Part shown: in pieces, positions 58,458 to 64,000 of the stretch
How the letters are laid out: the number at the start of each line of letters is the position of its first letter
Numbering within the stretch: the first letter of the stretch is position 1
From: an uncultured candidate division Zixibacteria bacterium
Lineage (GTDB): Bacteria; Zixibacteria; MSB-5A5; GN15; FEB-12
DNA: 64,000 nucleotides
Direction of reading: 5' to 3'
Assembly (NCBI GenBank): GCA_963664195.1
Contig: OY760907.1
Coordinates: 1,888,001 to 1,952,000 of the forward strand
Notes under the pieces: generated by a model
What the model saw: the letters and a program-made list of their open reading frames with translations, nothing else
Databases searched by the model: none
What the model was told of the DNA's origin: nothing
Made by a program: the position numbers and the translations under genes

Positions 58458-60743
58458 TCAGTCCCTATCGAGGACCTCGCGGACTTTGGCGGTCAGAGCG
58501 AGCACGGTAAAGGGTTTCTGAAGGAAGGCAATTCCTTTCTCCAGTACGCCGCTTCGAGCTATCACGTCGTCGGTGTATCCCGACATATACAGCACTTTCG
58601 TGCCGGGGCGCTCCTTAATCACTCTTTCAAACAACTCTTTGCCGTTCATTTCGGGCATGATTACGTCGGTTAGCAGCAGCTGTATCGGCGTGTCATTAGA
58701 CGCCAGAATCGACATCGCCTTGACACCGTTCTCAGCTACGAGGATATTGTAGCCACTGCGCTTCAGGATACCCCGGGCAAGGTGACGCACCTGTTCATTG
58801 TCTTCCACCAACAGGATGGTTTCGGAGCCGCGCAGATCAGCGGATATCGAAGAGGGCGCGGGCATTTCGTCAACCTGTGACTCCTGGGAGGCGGGCAGGT
58901 AGATTTTGAATGTCGTTCCCTTGTCCGCCTCGCTGTACACCCAGATGTTTCCGCCGTGCTGTTTGACGATGCCGTAGACCGTCGCCAGTCCGAGGCCGGT
59001 GCCGTGTTCTCCCTTGGTGGAGAAGAACGGTTCAAACAGATGGTCTCGGGTTTCCTCATCCATGCCGAATCCGGTGTCGCTGACAGCGAGCATCACGTAG
59101 CGTCCGGATTGCACACCGGCGTGCGCCGCCGCATAGCCGTCGTCGAGATTGATCGGTGAGGTCTCGATTGTCAACCGACCGCCGCCGGGCATGGCGTCGG
59201 CGGCATTGACGGCCAGGTTCATGATAACCTGTTCGACCTGGCCGATGTCAGCCATAACCATAGGGATGCCGGGCGAGGTGACGATTTTGATCTCAATGTC
59301 TTCACGGATCGTTCGCCGCAGCAGTTTGTCAAACCCGGTCACTGCGTCGTTCATGTCCACCGGTCGATACTCCAGCATTTGTTTGCGACTGAAGGCCAGC
59401 AACTGACGTACCAGATCACGCGCCCGGAGTGCCGCACTCAGGATTTCGTCGACGGACTCCCGGCGATTGTCGTTGGAATCCAGGTCTTCAAGTAGTAGCT
59501 CGCCGTAGCCGAGAATGGGGGAGAGAAGATTGTTGAGGTCGTGCGCCACACCGCCGGCCAGACGACCGATCGACTCGACTTTCTGTGCCTGATGGTATTG
59601 TTCCTCAATACGGGCTTTCTCTTCTTCCGCCCGCTTGAGATCGGTGATCTCCAGGAACGTGCCCTCGATTCTCAGAGGCTCGCCGCGCTCGTCCCGGATC
59701 ATGCGGGCGTTAACCTGCACGACGATTTCCTCGCCGTTGACTCTGTGCGCATTGATCACGTAATGGCGAATTACTCCATGTTTGAGGAATTCCTCGAAAT
59801 AGGAGTGCCTGTCCGCTACATTCTGCCAGAAATCCGGCAGACTGATTCCAGTATGATCCTTGCCCGCATCCAGTCCCAGTATCCGTATGAATTCGTCATT
59901 ATAGTCAAGCAGAGTACCTTCCGGAGTGACGGAGTAGACTCCCTCAATGAGGTTCCTGATCATGCCGTGGTATTTTTCTTCGCTCGCGCGCAATGCTTCC
60001 TCGGCCTTACGACGCTCACCAATCTCCTTATTCAAATCGGACGTACGAGCTTCAATCTGGTCCAGCATGTTGTTGAAGCTGTCGTAGAGTATCCCGATTT
60101 CGTCCGAACCCGTTCTTCTGGTGCGAATGGAGTAGTCAGCCTCTTTTGAAATCCTCTCAGTTGTAGCTGCCAGCTTCAATATTGGTCGCGAGACGACCCG
60201 TTGCATTCCTACTGCGAGGAAGTAGGCAAGAATCATGACGCCGATACCAACGAGCATCAGCGCGAATAGCTGGTTGTTCAGGCTGGCAGAGAGTTCGCCT
60301 GCCGATACTCTGAGGTAAACCGTGCCTTTCTTTTCGTCGTTGAACTCTATAGTCCAAAAAACGTGAAGCCAATCACCTTCAAACATGGCAAACATATCGT
60401 CATCAGGAATCGGAGGGGCCGAAGCCTCCCCGATTCTGTTGTAGGCTGCAAACAAGTTTCCATCGGCATCGTAGACATAGCCATTGAACACAGTAGGGAT
60501 TGCGGCGAGTTTGGACAAATTGGCAGTAACCTCATCTGTGTATCCGAAGTCCAGCGGACTGATGCAATACTCGCCGATTAGTCTGGCTGTCATAATCGAG
60601 TCTGCGGCCAGGTGCTCTTTCAGCGAAGTATACTCGCGAATGGAATTCAGCGTAAAGCCAATGATGATAGACAACAGCACCACTGAGAGAATGATGAAAG
60701 TGAGTTTATTTCTGATTGAGATGTTGCGAAGGATGTTCATCAT
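58458..60743 (-). CDS. Hybrid sensor histidine kinase (periplasmic CHASE-like, HAMP, PAS, HisKA, HATPase, REC)
   Basis: DEIGIL HAMP; GGVAHDLNNLL; NLAVNAADAM; GTGLGLA; ILLVED..TDVIMP..KPF. Confidence 0.95.
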   Translation of the reverse strand: MMNILRNISIRNKLTFIILSVVLLSIIIGFTLNSIREYTSLKEHLAADSIMTARLIGEYCISPLDFGYTDEVTANLSKLAAIPTVFNGYVYDADGNLFAAYNRIGEASAPPIPDDDMFAMFEGDWLHVFWTIEFNDEKKGTVYLRVSAGELSASLNNQLFALMLVGIGVMILAYFLAVGMQRVVSRPILKLAATTERISKEADYSIRTRRTGSDEIGILYDSFNNMLDQIEARTSDLNKEIGERRKAEEALRASEEKYHGMIRNLIEGVYSVTPEGTLLDYNDEFIRILGLDAGKDHTGISLPDFWQNVADRHSYFEEFLKHGVIRHYVINAHRVNGEEIVVQVNARMIRDERGEPLRIEGTFLEITDLKRAEEEKARIEEQYHQAQKVESIGRLAGGVAHDLNNLLSPILGYGELLLEDLDSNDNRRESVDEILSAALRARDLVRQLLAFSRKQMLEYRPVDMNDAVTGFDKLLRRTIREDIEIKIVTSPGIPMVMADIGQVEQVIMNLAVNAADAMPGGGRLTIETSPINLDDGYAAAHAGVQSGRYVMLAVSDTGFGMDEETRDHLFEPFFSTKGEHGTGLGLATVYGIVKQHGGNIWVYSEADKGTTFKIYLPASQESQVDEMPAPSSISADLRGSETILLVEDNEQVRHLARGILKRSGYNILVAENGVKAMSILASNDTPIQLLLTDVIMPEMNGKELFERVIKERPGTKVLYMSGYTDDVIARSGVLEKGIAFLQKPFTVLALTAKVREVLDRD

Positions 60744-61396
60744 CCGTCACCTCGCTCACGCCCGACAATCCTCGCGATATTTCGCAGGCGAAAATCAACG
60801 TGGAATCCCGCCACCTCGGCCGACATCTCATTCAGCTCAAACCTGATCTTCCCCTTTGCCAGGTAGAAATTGATATGCACACCGCTCTCACCGAAGCCCT
60901 CGGTGTCCCCTATTGTGAGCAGGGGTTGCCCTTCTGTGTGCGATAGAATGTCGTCGAGCCTGTCCTTCTCCGAACAAGATATGAACAGAATGTGGCACCC
61001 GTCGATATCATCGATGTCCTCAAGATAACGAATTTCCACTCTCCTGTTCTTGATCTTCTGTTCTCGAGACAGGTAAGCATCTTCGAGGGCCGATCCAAAC
61101 GGATTTTGTCCCAGAACAGAAATGACAAAGGTGCCGGAATCATCGCCTTGATCTGCCTGTTCCGGCCACTCTATGTATTGCGCGATTCTCGATAGAGCTA
61201 CCGCTTTTACGTCGTACTCGCCGGTTTGAGCCGGAGCCGGCGCTGGTGACAGGGCAACCAGCAGCCAGATCATGCAGACCAGGATCGCCGAGCAGTTGTG
61301 CCGTGTCGTTGTCTTGTTGCCGGAAACGGATGGACGCAGTTCCCCAAACGACCGGATTTCATTCGTGCCCTCTATCAAGCTAGAACTCCCGTCCAA
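60740..61396 (-). CDS. yfiR: YfiR-family periplasmic protein
   Basis: EYDVKAV..YIEWP, CHILFI, LLTIGD, INF...KIRFELN; start uncertain. Confidence 0.88.
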   Translation of the reverse strand: MDGSSSLIEGTNEIRSFGELRPSVSGNKTTTRHNCSAILVCMIWLLVALSPAPAPAQTGEYDVKAVALSRIAQYIEWPEQADQGDDSGTFVISVLGQNPFGSALEDAYLSREQKIKNRRVEIRYLEDIDDIDGCHILFISCSEKDRLDDILSHTEGQPLLTIGDTEGFGESGVHINFYLAKGKIRFELNEMSAEVAGFHVDFRLRNIARIVGRERGDG

Positions 61397-63584
61397 CAGT
61401 AAACCATACCTGTCTGCCGAATCCTATTGTCCCTTTGTCAGCCCATGCATTGTCAGTGTAGGTCGGGTACCGGATTTCGGAGTCAAAAAGGTTCGAGACT
61501 CTTGCCTGTAGGTAGAGACCCTGCAGGACGAGATTCTCGTAACGAACATTGAGACCGAGCAAGCCGTATCCGTCGACCTTGTCTCCTATGCGTCCCATCG
61601 GGGGATGAGAAGGCCGCGTTTCGTCGGGAGTATCGTCCCAGAACGTCTCCATACTGCCGACATACTGACCGTTTATGGCCGCGGACAGATCATTCGTCAG
61701 GTTATATCTGACTTTGAGGTAGCCAAGAGTCTCTGGCGAATAGGCTACCTTCCTATCCTCATAGCCAGCCCTCTTGTCCCGCGTCTTCTGGTAAGTGCCA
61801 CTGACTTCCACGAAGAGTTTGTGTACAGGCTTTACGGAGAGCGTGAACTCCATGCCGTTGGTTATCATTCGACCGGCGTTTGCCTCGTACGAATAGTCGT
61901 AGTTGCCAATGTCATCCAAAACAATCACGCGAGTAATCAGATTGTCCAGAACGTTGTGGAAGAGGCTGACGCTGGCCAGAAAATCCGGACTCAGGATCGA
62001 TCGGAAGTTCAGTTCGACTGTTTCGATCTCTTCCGACAACAAATCTCCCCTCTTTGATTGTGTCTGCAGATAGTCCTGGAAAAAGGATGGCCTCTTAATC
62101 GCTTTGCCGTAGAGCAGCTTGACAGTGTTGGTCTGGTTCCACTCGTAAATTCCAGCCAATCGGGGAATGACCTCCAAGTCACCTCTGTCAATCGTCGTCT
62201 CGTCCATGGTGAATATATCTGTCTCGTAGCTGAAACCGCTGACGATTTTGTAACTCAGCGCCTTTTCCAGTCTGAGTCCGGCGACAAGGTGCAAATGCTT
62301 CGTCGGTATGTAGTCAACCTGACAGTACGCTGCCAGGGAGGTGATAGCGTCATCATCATCGACGCTGATGTAGTTGTTGTCGAAGAAGGGATTGCCGAAG
62401 GACGGCACATCGTACATATTATAAACGTCAAGAATACTCTTGTAGAGAAGACCGGCCTGCAGGCTCAGGTTTGGCCCGGGGCGGTAGAAAACATCGGTAG
62501 TCAATTCAATCGCATTGCTTTCGAGTTGCTGTATGCCATAGAAGTTCTCGCCCAGATAACTTAGTTTGAACCACACGCGATCCTTGTAGTAAGCCATTCT
62601 GGTGTCGAGAGTCAGTTTACCGGAGAGACTCTTGCGATGACCCACGGCGACATTGTAGTCAGACCAGACATTCCGATGTCCGTCCCCGTACGAGGGGAAG
62701 TTGAACTGCGATGCATCTCTCGCCTCCACAATTACCAGCCGTGCATAGAATTCCTTCAACGAAACGGAGCAATCGAAGTACTTATGATCGATGATCATTC
62801 GGCCGCCCGTTCTGTAATCGGCTGTCAGGCCGAGACTTTCCAGCGCCGACGGGTCAGACATGAGCTTGCTCGCAGGCTGATCGATTCCATCGCTGACATA
62901 GATCGAGGTGTTGGCCGAGAAGCTTATTTCGTCAGTAGTCTTAGACACCCTCACGAAGGCTTCCCGGGTGGCTGCTGATCCGAGAGATGCGGCCACGATG
63001 TTATCTTCAGACGTTGCATTCAGATCATCGGTGATGATGTTAATAGCGCCAAAAAAAGCACCGCTTCCGTATATTATTGACATTGGACCTCGTACTATCT
63101 CTATTCTGTCAATTGCGGCAACAGGAACCGGTATTTCTGTAAGCGGGTAATTGGAGAATATGTTCTTCGTCTGGGGGATACCGTTCAGAAGAATAACCGT
63201 GTTTTCGCTGGGCACGCCTGACCAGAACCCCCTTACACCTAATAGCATCCCGCCTTCTCCGTAATCGTCTATGCCATACAATCCCGGAGTGTTCTGCAGT
63301 ATGTCTGCAAGTGTCTGATATCCGTGCTTTTTGATCTCGTCTCGGGTGATGATTACTGTACTCGCCGGGATATCGCTTATCTTCTGCGATGTTTTCCCGG
63401 CGGTAACGACGTCAACATCCAGCAATTCTTCGAGGGTTAAGTCCATGAGTTCATCGAAACGGGCCGACTTGTTCTGTTGAGAATGCGCCAGATCGGGCTC
63501 CAGACAGAGTAGGGATGCGACCAGAATCGCCTGTGCGAGTACGAACCGGGACAGACCCGGCAGGATGCGTTGGTTTCCGTTCAT
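61380..63584 (-). CDS. TonB-dependent receptor
   Basis: LTLEELLDVDVVTAGK, plug IDRIEIVRGPMSIIYGSGAFFGAINII, NLFD, terminal Phe; AGGAGGAG RBS. Confidence 0.93.
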   Translation of the reverse strand: MNGNQRILPGLSRFVLAQAILVASLLCLEPDLAHSQQNKSARFDELMDLTLEELLDVDVVTAGKTSQKISDIPASTVIITRDEIKKHGYQTLADILQNTPGLYGIDDYGEGGMLLGVRGFWSGVPSENTVILLNGIPQTKNIFSNYPLTEIPVPVAAIDRIEIVRGPMSIIYGSGAFFGAINIITDDLNATSEDNIVAASLGSAATREAFVRVSKTTDEISFSANTSIYVSDGIDQPASKLMSDPSALESLGLTADYRTGGRMIIDHKYFDCSVSLKEFYARLVIVEARDASQFNFPSYGDGHRNVWSDYNVAVGHRKSLSGKLTLDTRMAYYKDRVWFKLSYLGENFYGIQQLESNAIELTTDVFYRPGPNLSLQAGLLYKSILDVYNMYDVPSFGNPFFDNNYISVDDDDAITSLAAYCQVDYIPTKHLHLVAGLRLEKALSYKIVSGFSYETDIFTMDETTIDRGDLEVIPRLAGIYEWNQTNTVKLLYGKAIKRPSFFQDYLQTQSKRGDLLSEEIETVELNFRSILSPDFLASVSLFHNVLDNLITRVIVLDDIGNYDYSYEANAGRMITNGMEFTLSVKPVHKLFVEVSGTYQKTRDKRAGYEDRKVAYSPETLGYLKVRYNLTNDLSAAINGQYVGSMETFWDDTPDETRPSHPPMGRIGDKVDGYGLLGLNVRYENLVLQGLYLQARVSNLFDSEIRYPTYTDNAWADKGTIGFGRQVWFTVGREF

Positions 63585-64000
63585 CTTCTCCTCCTGAGTG
63601 TGGCAGAGTAGTACGGAGTCAATCCAAGATGTCCTTGTCACAAGCTAATTGTTACCCCTCAGGTTTGCTACAAAAACTGGGTTACGTTTTGGACAAGAGG
63701 GCGGAGTTCTGGCCGAATGACGCCCTTTGATCTGCCGGACATTTCCAGACCGCCGGTCGGGATGGCGACACGGACCATGAAGAGGTTCTCGGTTATGGGG
63801 GCGTGATCGAGAAGACCGGTGACTTTCTGCAAGGAAGAGTAAGACCGGGTATGATACCGTCTCCTGTAGAATGTATCTCGGTGGTTCATGCAACCGGAGT
63901 ATTTGGATGAGTCCTGATACTGCGTCGGCAGGCAAACTCTTACTGGCAGCTCTCGCCCGAACCCACAAAACCTGTTGACATCAGCGGGTTCATCCGTGAT

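Noticed and set aside
58053..58673. 206-aa plus-strand ORF
   Set aside because: Built from REP-like hairpins and the antisense of the kinase 3' end.
63645..64000. Possible decayed esterase fragment (RELPVRVCLP..., YPVLLFLAE in different frames)
   Set aside because: Similarity is faint, split across frames and cut by the window edge.
1..64000. CRISPR array or rRNA
   Set aside because: No regularly spaced direct repeats or rRNA-like sequence seen.

Overview
Bacterial chromosomal window. Dockerin-tailed acidic surface proteins, FlgD-Ig/'YPNPFNP' C-terminal domains, a PEP-CTERM protein and many multiheme cytochromes suggest candidate phylum Zixibacteria or a relative (inference only). Main contents: (1) an apparently complete extracellular electron transfer toolkit, with two decaheme+porin operons (one with a multiheme lipoprotein) and three adjacent inner-membrane cytochromes (a 19-heme CbcL-like c/b fusion, an 8-heme/FdnI-like fusion, an ImcH-like heptaheme); (2) a ~4.8 kb tandem duplication of a large GEVED/dockerin protein gene, each copy preceded by a conserved promoter and a ~1 kb leader with compensatory base changes that also holds a 157-codon coupled ORF, the best candidate here for an undescribed system; (3) a type II-like Thoeris locus (TIR ThsB + TM-Macro ThsA) whose thsA is split by an IS256 with an 8-bp target duplication; (4) tRNA-Ser(UGA) followed by an eroded islet with an orphan Rhs metallopeptidase toxin/immunity pair; (5) CusCBA with a Cys-rich leader ORF, a MacAB-type ABC exporter, PutP, AmrS, SbcC + thermonuclease, an NtrC-type regulator, and a TonB receptor-YfiR-hybrid kinase triad. 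All calls come from reading motifs by eye; no searches were run.
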